Program-made: the position numbers and the translations under genes
Assembly (NCBI GenBank): GCA_030017715.1
Contig: JASEIU010000004.1
Span: 139,456 to 203,455, forward strand
Length of the DNA: 64,000 nt
Reading direction: 5' to 3'
Source of the DNA: Candidatus Saccharicenans sp.
Lineage (GTDB): Bacteria; Acidobacteriota; Aminicenantia; Aminicenantales; Saccharicenantaceae
The notes under the pieces: generated by a model
Seen by the model: the letters and a program-made list of their open reading frames with translations, nothing else
Told to the model about the DNA's origin: nothing
Database searches by the model: none
Shown here: positions 28,208 through 36,021 of the stretch, in pieces
How positions within the stretch are numbered: the stretch's first letter is position 1
How the letters are laid out: every line of letters begins with the position of its first letter

Positions 28208-28429
28208 ATGTCAAACGAAAAAACAAAAATAGCCAAAAACACCAAGAAGCTGCGGAAGCAACGGGATTTGTCGCACGAAAAGTTATCCAAACTTGCCGAT
28301 ATTTCACATAATATGATAATCAAAATTGAGTCCGGGGCGATTCAAAGCCCGACAATAGAAACAGCCCAAAAAATCGCCAGGGCGTTAGGGGTTACTTTGG
28401 ACGATTTAATGAAAGAAAATCATGACTAA
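28208..28429 (+). CDS. XRE-family helix-turn-helix transcriptional regulator (putative R-M controller, C-protein-like)
   Basis: The 73-aa product has a classic HTH (LRKQRDLSHEKLSKLADISHNMIIKIESGAIQSPTIETAQKIARALGV). Its stop overlaps the methyltransferase ATG by 8 nt. ORF 28190 begins at an upstream TTG; ATG 28208 is preferred. Confidence 0.8.
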   Translation: MSNEKTKIAKNTKKLRKQRDLSHEKLSKLADISHNMIIKIESGAIQSPTIETAQKIARALGVTLDDLMKENHD

Positions 28430-30905
28430 AGAACAAAAGTTTTACAAGGCATTACAGGATGTATTCATCGGCGCCAGGATTGAAGGCGAAGGCGGTTTTG
28501 TCAATTTGATGAGGATTAAATCAAGTTACTACCGTCAAATTGAAGATATTCTTAAAAAAGATATTGAAACCGCACTAAGTAGCTACCCGGCATTCAGGGA
28601 CGAACTTTTTGACAAGCTCTATTCATTTTTCAGCCGTTACTTTACGGAAAGCGGATCAATATATTTCAACCAAACGCCTTTTCATAATAATATTTATGAA
28701 AAAATTTATACCGATGAAAAGGATGTTATTCTCTTTTGGAAAACGCAGATGCTCTACTATGTCAAAACCGACCGGATTTTTAAGAGTTTGCCGGTTGAGT
28801 TTGACGGTTTCAAAATTTACTTTGACGCTTCAAAAATAGAAAACAAAAAAGCCAATGAAAAACGCTCGCTTGTTTTTGAGCTGAATGATGTCAAGGAAGA
28901 CGGCACGATTGTTTTCGGTGTTTTATATTCTGAAAAAGGGACAAAAACAAACCAAGACGAGATATTAAAAGCAATAAAGAGAAAAGGCATTGCCATTACC
29001 GAAGACCAATTGGAGCGTGCCTTTAGGGTTTTTGAAAAGCAAAGCGAGGTTGATTTCTTTATTAACAAAAATGCTAAAGCATTTTTGCAGGAACAGTTTA
29101 AGCTCTGGAGTTATCAGTATTTCTGGGAAGGGGCCAAAGAATGGAGTGCAGATAGAGTTAATCAACTGCAAAATCTCAAAAACATTGCTTTTAAGATTAT
29201 TGATTTTATCTCGCAATTTGAAGACGAACTGGTAAAAATCTGGAACAAGCCGAAGTTTGTAAAAAACTCAAATTATGTGATTACGCTGGATAGAATAATA
29301 AGTCAAATCTCAGAAGGCAAAAATCAACACTTGGAATTGATTGAGAAAATTTTTAACCATCCTAATATAAATGAGCAAATAAGGGAATGGGAAGAACTTG
29401 GGATAATAGAAGAAAAGTCAATAGTTAAAAATAAATTTTCAAAATTCAGAGGGAAAGAATTAAAGTTGATAGATGAGATATTTGAAAACACACTGGAAGG
29501 CAAGAGACTTAAAAAAGAATACGTACACCTGCCAATTGATACTAAGTATTTCAAGGATTTGGAGTTTCAGATACTGAGCCAGTTTAATGATTTGGATAAG
29601 TCATTAGACGGCTGGCTGATAAAAAGCGAAAACTACCAAGCGCTAAATACAATCCTTCCAAAATTCAAAGAAAAAGTGCAGACAATTTATATTGATCCGC
29701 CATTTAATTTAGATTCTTCTGACCAGTTTTTATATCGCACAAATTACAAAGACGCTAACTGGGCAACTTTGCTTGAAAACAGATTAAGAATTGCGAAAGA
29801 TTGGCTGAATGAAAAAGGAAGCATTTTTGTAAGGTGCGATTCAAACGGAAATTGGATAGTAAGGTTTTTAATGAACGATGTTTTTGATAACAATTTAAAG
29901 AATGAAATTGCTGTTAAAAGAACCCGCACATTGAAAGGGGAGAGAGGGCGTTTTCATACAGCGTGGGAATCTCTTTATTTCTACGCAAAATCAGAAAACG
30001 CAATTTTTAATGGTTTTAGGAAATTGAAACCAGAAAGCGAATGGCAATGGGTAGAAATGCACTTACCTGGGACTAGAAAAGACGAAGATTTACTTTATAG
30101 AAACTTTTTTGGAAAAAGACTAAAAGCACCGGAAGGACGAAGATGGGCATTAAGTCAGGATGCCTTGGATGATGCTATTTCAAAGGGATTGGTTAAAATG
30201 GATGAACAAACTGGAATGCCCAAATTCCTTACAAAATGGGAAACGCTCGGTTCTAACTGGACAGATATTTCTGGATATTCCCCAGCGCATGGTTTTACAA
30301 CAGAAAATTCAGAAGAATTATTACAGAGGGCAATAGAATCTACTTCTAATAAAAATAGTTTGGTTCTTGACTTCTTCCTTGGCTCTGGCACAACAACAGC
30401 CGTAGCTCATAAACTTGGTAGAAAATGGATTGGCGTTGAGATGGGAGAGCATTTCTATAGTGTAGTTTTGACGAGAATGAAAAAGGTCTTGGCTTATGAT
30501 AAAAGCGGGATTTCAAAAGAAGTCAAAGAATATCAAGGCGGCGGGTTTTTCAAGTATTATGAGCTGGAGCAATACGAGGAGGCGCTGGCAAATTGTAAAT
30601 ATGAAGATGGTGATTTATTCAATGCGCCCGGCAGAAGTCCGTACCAGGAATATGTCTTTATGAAAGATGAAAAAATGCTCAAGGCGTTGGAGATTGATTA
30701 TAAAAAAGGGAAAGTCAAAATTGATTTATCAAAACTCTATCCGAACATAGACATTGCCGAAACATTGTCTAACCTGACAGGAAAATGGATTAGACAAATC
30801 AAAAGTCAAAACTTAAAAATCAAAAGTGTGGTGTTTGAGGATGGCAACGAAATTGATATTGAAAACCTTGATTATAGACTAATTAAGCCATTGATTTGGT
30901 GGTAG
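28422..30905 (+). CDS. beta-class N6-adenine/N4-cytosine DNA methyltransferase (Type III Mod-like) with ~420-aa uncharacterised N-terminal extension
   Basis: Motif IV TIYIDPPFN (aa ~425) precedes motif I LVLDFFLGSGTTTAVAHKLGRKWIGVEM (aa ~650). A ~220-aa putative TRD lies between them. This order (IV before I) is diagnostic of beta-class amino-MTases such as Type III Mod. Confidence 0.85.
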   Translation: MTKEQKFYKALQDVFIGARIEGEGGFVNLMRIKSSYYRQIEDILKKDIETALSSYPAFRDELFDKLYSFFSRYFTESGSIYFNQTPFHNNIYEKIYTDEKDVILFWKTQMLYYVKTDRIFKSLPVEFDGFKIYFDASKIENKKANEKRSLVFELNDVKEDGTIVFGVLYSEKGTKTNQDEILKAIKRKGIAITEDQLERAFRVFEKQSEVDFFINKNAKAFLQEQFKLWSYQYFWEGAKEWSADRVNQLQNLKNIAFKIIDFISQFEDELVKIWNKPKFVKNSNYVITLDRIISQISEGKNQHLELIEKIFNHPNINEQIREWEELGIIEEKSIVKNKFSKFRGKELKLIDEIFENTLEGKRLKKEYVHLPIDTKYFKDLEFQILSQFNDLDKSLDGWLIKSENYQALNTILPKFKEKVQTIYIDPPFNLDSSDQFLYRTNYKDANWATLLENRLRIAKDWLNEKGSIFVRCDSNGNWIVRFLMNDVFDNNLKNEIAVKRTRTLKGERGRFHTAWESLYFYAKSENAIFNGFRKLKPESEWQWVEMHLPGTRKDEDLLYRNFFGKRLKAPEGRRWALSQDALDDAISKGLVKMDEQTGMPKFLTKWETLGSNWTDISGYSPAHGFTTENSEELLQRAIESTSNKNSLVLDFFLGSGTTTAVAHKLGRKWIGVEMGEHFYSVVLTRMKKVLAYDKSGISKEVKEYQGGGFFKYYELEQYEEALANCKYEDGDLFNAPGRSPYQEYVFMKDEKMLKALEIDYKKGKVKIDLSKLYPNIDIAETLSNLTGKWIRQIKSQNLKIKSVVFEDGNEIDIENLDYRLIKPLIWW

Positions 30906-32404
30906 GTATGGTAAAATTTAATCTATATAAAATTTATCCCGGTCAGCGAGAAAAACTTATAGAGAAGCTTAATTCTGTGGGGCTTACTAAGATAGGCAGT
31001 AAGAATATAGACGGTTTTTCTCTAGATTTTTATTTTTCAGACGAACCCGACTCCATTGATATTTGGTGGACTGATATTTATAAGGAATTTTTCGGAGAAG
31101 TAGAGAAGCCAAAAAACAAAATTTACTTCGCAACCCTACTTGTATATAATACCCAAATTGTTTATGCGGTTAGTCTTGGCAAGTCACATTTTTATTTAAA
31201 ACACTTTTGCGATGGTGATTTCGGGCTTAATTTAGCGGAAAGAATCGCCGACGAGATAAATCCAAAAATGAAAAATTCAAAGTTTTACAAAAGCCGTAAA
31301 AACAAGATTATTACAACCTATCAGGAAGGTAGCGGAATTGATTTTGATAGCGGAGAATCACTCCATTATTTGCGAGCTAAAACGATCGATAAAGACAATT
31401 GGGGTAAAACTGCAAGTTTTGGACATTCAGCTCAATTTAGTATTGAGATTAAACCCGAAGATCTACCAGATTTTATAAAAAAGATTGAAGAAACTCTAAA
31501 ACAAAAATCACGAATAAAATTGCCAAAGGTAATAGTTGCGCGGGATGAAGAAACGAAAAATAAACTTGATAATTTACTCGCCAGGGTTTTAATGGGATCG
31601 TCCCAATCATTTACGGTGCAAGAAAGTGATATTACCCTATCGGGTGTAGATTTTATATTTTCTGACCAATATGAATATAGCTTTTATTTGAGGGGAGATC
31701 GCGATTCTCAGACTGATAAGGGAGAACTTACATTAGATCGGCTGAGGCGGTTTATTTCAGAAAAAAATATCAATCTAGAAACACAACTTAACGATGTGAA
31801 AGTAAAAGTCCACAATGAGTTTGGCAGAGATTTTTCTGTTTCGCTTAAGGAGACGTTGGACTTTATAGACGAAAAAGAACGATATTGTCTTATTGACGGT
31901 AAGTGGTATCAATTTAACCAATCATATTTGGATTTCTTAAAAGAGGAAGTTGATAGTATTGATTTTAAGGAGCAGGAGGAAATCGGCGATAAGACAGAGC
32001 AGGAATTCAACCAAAGAAAAGGCCGAGAAGGATTTGTTAATTGTGATAGATTAAATGAATCTTTGTGCAAAAAGTATAAGGTGGAAAAGGTAGATTTGTA
32101 TAAAGAAAAGATACTCCACTTTGTTAAATTTGGATCTCCGAAAAATATGAACTATGCTGTGGATCAAGCAATCAACACAGTTAAGCTATTGCAAAATAAC
32201 CAAAGCAAGATTCAAATCAATGACGAAGAACAAGGCGTTGAAACGATTTGTTTGTGGCTTGTTTTTGACAGAAAACAGAAACTTAACAAACTTTCAGAAT
32301 TAAACTCATTGATATTTCATATGAAATTAGCCGATTGGAAACGAATAGTGCAAAATGCCAGATATAAACCAATGATTTATGTAAGTTATAGAAAAAATGT
32401 CTAA
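30896..32404 (+). CDS. uncharacterised 502-aa protein embedded between mod-like and res-like genes (no recognisable catalytic motif)
   Basis: The start overlaps the mod stop (TTG at 30896 or ATG at 30908 after ggtggtagg). The stop overlaps the res-like ATG (32397) by 8 nt. Composition is AT-rich like its neighbours. No P-loop, HxH or clear nuclease motif was seen; LWLVFDRK near the C-terminus is only weakly (D/E)xK-like. Confidence 0.7.
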   Translation: MVVGMVKFNLYKIYPGQREKLIEKLNSVGLTKIGSKNIDGFSLDFYFSDEPDSIDIWWTDIYKEFFGEVEKPKNKIYFATLLVYNTQIVYAVSLGKSHFYLKHFCDGDFGLNLAERIADEINPKMKNSKFYKSRKNKIITTYQEGSGIDFDSGESLHYLRAKTIDKDNWGKTASFGHSAQFSIEIKPEDLPDFIKKIEETLKQKSRIKLPKVIVARDEETKNKLDNLLARVLMGSSQSFTVQESDITLSGVDFIFSDQYEYSFYLRGDRDSQTDKGELTLDRLRRFISEKNINLETQLNDVKVKVHNEFGRDFSVSLKETLDFIDEKERYCLIDGKWYQFNQSYLDFLKEEVDSIDFKEQEEIGDKTEQEFNQRKGREGFVNCDRLNESLCKKYKVEKVDLYKEKILHFVKFGSPKNMNYAVDQAINTVKLLQNNQSKIQINDEEQGVETICLWLVFDRKQKLNKLSELNSLIFHMKLADWKRIVQNARYKPMIYVSYRKNV

Positions 32405-35342
32405 ACTTTATTTACAAAACATCATAGATGATATTTCCTTTGAAAACTTGCCGGTCAAGTGGCAGGGGTTTGATTTTAGCCGATTTTCAAAAGACAAGAC
32501 ACTTTTTGATTTTCAAAAGAAAGGTTTGCAAAACGCGTTGAAAACATTGCATCTGTATTTTAAGGATAAAAACGGAGATAAAAAAGCATTATTTGATCAC
32601 TACAAATTTAATGGCCTGGAAGAAGATTTTGATTATGATTTAAAGAAAAAACAAGATAGCAAGATTGCAAAATATCTGTTGGAATACGATAAAGATTACC
32701 CAGTCATCGATAAAAAAATTTCCTTTGTTCATTTTATTAACCGGATGAGTTTTTGGATGGCCACTGGTTCGGGTAAAACGCTGATTATAGTTAAGCTGAT
32801 TGAGCTTTTGGGTAAGCTGATTGCCGAAAAAGAGTTGCCGGCGCGCGATATTCTCTTTTTAGCCCACCGCGATGATCTTTTGGACCAGTTCAAAAACCAT
32901 GTTGAAGAATTTAATAGCTTTAACTTTGACAGAAAGATAAACCTTAAAAGTCTGCGGGATTACGAAAACGTTAAGCGCGATAATCCTTTGCCGTTTACCA
33001 AAAATGGGATTAATGTTTTTTATTACCGTTCCGACTTGATTTCCGATGAACAGAAAGAAAAAATCGTTAACTTTCAAAACTATGACAACAGCGGGCGGTG
33101 GTATATCCTTTTAGACGAAGCCCATAAGGGCGATAAAGAAGACAGCAAACGACAAATTTTATACTCCATACTTTCAAGAAACGGATTTTTGTTTAATTTT
33201 TCTGCGACATTTACCGACCCAAGGGATTTTGCGACCTGCGCTTTTAACTTCAATCTTTCAAGGTTTGTAGAAGAAGGTTACGGCAAGCATATTTATGTGT
33301 CTTCGGCCGAGATCAGCGGATTTCGCGGCCGAGGCGCTTTTTCTTCCATTGAAAAACAGAAAATCGTTTTAAAAACACTTTTGCTTTTGACCTACATCAA
33401 TAAATATTTTGAAGAAATCAGAAAGCTTAATAATTCCCTATATCACCGCCCGCTTCTTTTAACTCTCGTTAATTCCGTGGATGTGGAAGAATCCGACCTG
33501 GAGTTATTTTTTAGGGAATTAGAAAAGGTAGCGAGAAATGAAATTAGAGCGGATTCGCTTAAAATAGCAAAAGACGAACTTATCCAAGAATTTCGCCATA
33601 ACCCCAAATTCGTATTTGAAGAGTTGGAGTGCCCCATAGACGGTAATTTGGTTTCAAAATTAGATTATCAGGATATTTTGAAATATATTTTAAATGCAAA
33701 CAGGCCTGGTAAGATTGAAGTTTTGAAAATCCCCGGGAATAGGCAAGAATTGATTTTCAGGTTAATGACGTCTCATAGACCGTTTGCGTTAATTAAGATT
33801 GGCGATATTTCCAGCTGGTTGAAGAACAAACTTGAAGGATATGAGATAAATGAAAGTTTTGAGAACGAAAGCTATTTTAAGGCCATCAATTGCGATGATT
33901 CCGACCTAAATATTTTAATGGGCTCTCGCTCCTTTTACGAGGGTTGGGATTCTAACCGACCAAACCTGCTTTTGTTTGTGAATATCGGAGTTGGAAGCGA
34001 CGCAAAGAAATTCGTTCTGCAATCGGTGGGCAGAGGTGTGAGAATAGAGCCGCAAAAAAACATGAGGAAACGGTTACAAAATTTGTACAATGCTGGGATT
34101 ATAAAGGATCAGTTATTTGAGAAAGTGAAAGATTTGATTTTGCCGATTGAGAGCTTGTTTGTTTTTGGCACAAATGCTGAAAACCTGAAGGAAATAATTG
34201 CAACGCTGAAAGCAGAGAAGCAAGATGAAAATTTAGGCGACGCCTTTATTTTGAATCCGGAAGCGCAAAGACATATTCTTTTGGTGCCAGTTTATAAAAC
34301 GGCCGAGAGAATATTTGCCGAAGAACAAGTCCCGCAAAAATACGCTATCAGCCTCGAAGATTTTGAGTTGACTTCTAGATTTTATGAATTTTTAGGAGAC
34401 AAAATAATTTTGGCTAAATATGATTGTGAAGTAAATGTTTTGAAGAAGGCAAAAGATAGTTTTGAAGAAAAAGGAAGATATTATGATTTCAGCGAAAAGA
34501 ACTCTCTTTTTGATCCCGAGCTGATTCTTGGACGCATTTTTGATTATCTTGGAGTTAAAAGCAGGGAATTTGAGAAGTTTAAGAAGTTGGAAAACGAGAT
34601 CGTGCATTTCAGAAAGATTAGATTCAGCGCCATCGAAAAATACGAGGAAATAAAAAAGAAAATAGAAGTAATGAAAGAGTATCCTGAAAAGAAAAAGGAA
34701 TTAAAAGCTAAATATGGAAAGATTCCAGAAGAAGAATATAACAAGCAGTTAAAACTGTTTGAAGAAGCAGGAAAGTACGAAGTAAAAAATCAAAAAATAA
34801 AAATCAAGTATTTGGCTAATCATTACTATCTTCCGGTGATAATTTCAGAGACAGAAAAAATTGACTATCTTAATCATATTATCAATGTTGAGAGCGAAAT
34901 AAAATTTATTGAGGAGCTGGAAGAATATCTTGCCAGGTCCAAAAATGTATTTACGCAATTTGACTGGTGGATGTTTTCAAAACTTGACCAAACGCTGGAT
35001 GAAGTTTTTATTCCTTATTACAATCCGAAAGAAAACAAGATGGCCAATTTCAAGCCGGACTTCATTTTTTGGATGCAAAAAGACAATCGCTATTTAATTT
35101 TATTTGTTGATCCCAAAGGAACCGAACACGCGGATGGATATAGAAAGATTGACGGCTATTCAAGGATATTTGAAATTGAAAAAAATGGACAAAGGCAAAA
35201 TAGAGATTTTTCATACGGTAGATTTACAATAAATGCAAAATTATTGCTCAAGCCCGCGAAAGGTGGTATTGACAGGGTTCCAGAACCTCAAAGGAAATAC
35301 TGGTTTGACAACTTTGATGATTTTGCGGGCAAAATCAGTTAA
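32397..35342 (+). CDS. SF2 helicase-nuclease (Type III Res-like restriction subunit)
   Basis: Helicase motifs are I (FWMATGSGKT, aa ~120), II (ILLDEAHKG, aa ~250), III (FSATF) and VI (LQSVGRGVRIEP, aa ~545). The C-terminal PD-(D/E)xK-like endonuclease motif is FKPDFIFW..LILFVDPKGTEH (aa ~885-908). The domain order (helicase N, nuclease C) matches Type III Res. Confidence 0.85.
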   Translation: MSKLYLQNIIDDISFENLPVKWQGFDFSRFSKDKTLFDFQKKGLQNALKTLHLYFKDKNGDKKALFDHYKFNGLEEDFDYDLKKKQDSKIAKYLLEYDKDYPVIDKKISFVHFINRMSFWMATGSGKTLIIVKLIELLGKLIAEKELPARDILFLAHRDDLLDQFKNHVEEFNSFNFDRKINLKSLRDYENVKRDNPLPFTKNGINVFYYRSDLISDEQKEKIVNFQNYDNSGRWYILLDEAHKGDKEDSKRQILYSILSRNGFLFNFSATFTDPRDFATCAFNFNLSRFVEEGYGKHIYVSSAEISGFRGRGAFSSIEKQKIVLKTLLLLTYINKYFEEIRKLNNSLYHRPLLLTLVNSVDVEESDLELFFRELEKVARNEIRADSLKIAKDELIQEFRHNPKFVFEELECPIDGNLVSKLDYQDILKYILNANRPGKIEVLKIPGNRQELIFRLMTSHRPFALIKIGDISSWLKNKLEGYEINESFENESYFKAINCDDSDLNILMGSRSFYEGWDSNRPNLLLFVNIGVGSDAKKFVLQSVGRGVRIEPQKNMRKRLQNLYNAGIIKDQLFEKVKDLILPIESLFVFGTNAENLKEIIATLKAEKQDENLGDAFILNPEAQRHILLVPVYKTAERIFAEEQVPQKYAISLEDFELTSRFYEFLGDKIILAKYDCEVNVLKKAKDSFEEKGRYYDFSEKNSLFDPELILGRIFDYLGVKSREFEKFKKLENEIVHFRKIRFSAIEKYEEIKKKIEVMKEYPEKKKELKAKYGKIPEEEYNKQLKLFEEAGKYEVKNQKIKIKYLANHYYLPVIISETEKIDYLNHIINVESEIKFIEELEEYLARSKNVFTQFDWWMFSKLDQTLDEVFIPYYNPKENKMANFKPDFIFWMQKDNRYLILFVDPKGTEHADGYRKIDGYSRIFEIEKNGQRQNRDFSYGRFTINAKLLLKPAKGGIDRVPEPQRKYWFDNFDDFAGKIS

Positions 35343-35510
35343 TTTACAAAGGACGGAGTATTTGGCAAATCTAAATACGAAAAAATATGGGTGCGAGCCG
35401 GGTGCGGCTCTCTACCCGTCGGGGCCGAAATGCTTGCACAAAAAAAGTCCCCATTGGGTTCAGTAATCGCGGGCTTTATAATTTAGGAGCCGTATCGAGC
35501 TTAAGAAGGT

Positions 35511-35852
35511 ATGATTATAGAAAATTATTCGTTTGGTCGGATGGTTATAGGCGGGAAGTCCTATACTGCTGACCTGATTATAATCGGAGACGAAATCTTC
35601 CCCAACTGGTGGCGCCGGGAAGGTCACTCTTTGTGTCTGGAAGACCTGGGCCCGGTTTTGGCGGCCAGACCTGAGGTTCTGGTTATCGGGACCGGTGCTT
35701 ATGGAGCGATGGACGTTCCTTACGAAACGGAGAGATTTCTGGAGGAGCGAGGAATAGAAGTTATCTGGAAACCGACCGCCGAAGCAGTAGAAATATTTAA
35801 CAGGCTGACCGGGAGGAAAAAAGCCGCCGCTGCCTTTCATTTGACCTGTTGA
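35511..35852 (+). CDS. Mth938-like (DUF498) domain protein
   Basis: The 113-aa product contains ..GGKSYTADLIIIGDEIFPNWW..VLVIGTGAYG... GC-rich codon usage resumes here. TATAAT and an RBS lie upstream. Confidence 0.6.
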   Translation: MIIENYSFGRMVIGGKSYTADLIIIGDEIFPNWWRREGHSLCLEDLGPVLAARPEVLVIGTGAYGAMDVPYETERFLEERGIEVIWKPTAEAVEIFNRLTGRKKAAAAFHLTC

Positions 35853-36021
35853 ATCTTAAAGACCGTTGAAGTCGACTTCTCAGAACCGGGGATTTTTCTG
35901 TTTTGATTGCCGGGGCAACCAATCAACCAGGGAAATGTATCCGATTCCGCAGTCGGCGGGCTTCATGGGTTGAGGCAGGCCCTCGGTGGTTTCCTTACGC
36001 TCACGGCCTGTTAACCGGGGC

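Larger units (their letters stand above)
27950..35480. other. horizontally acquired AT-rich genomic island (defence island); boundaries approximate
   Basis: Base composition and codon usage shift abruptly between GC-rich flanks and an AT-rich interior. The interior proteins are K/N/I/Y/F-rich. No integrase, tRNA or obvious flanking direct repeats were seen by eye. Confidence 0.7.

Noticed and set aside
35233-35572. Two small ORFs (35233..35466 and 35387..35572) at the distal island junction
   Set aside because: One overlaps the 3' end of the res-like gene. The other spans the compositional junction and overlaps the Mth938-like gene in another frame. They have no RBS or motifs.
35858-35869. 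Perfect 12-bp palindrome GAAGTCGACTTC after the Mth938-like gene, near a T-rich stretch
   Set aside because: As RNA it can form at most a 4-bp stem. The following T-run is interrupted. It is too weak to call a terminator and is probably just a SalI-like palindromic site.
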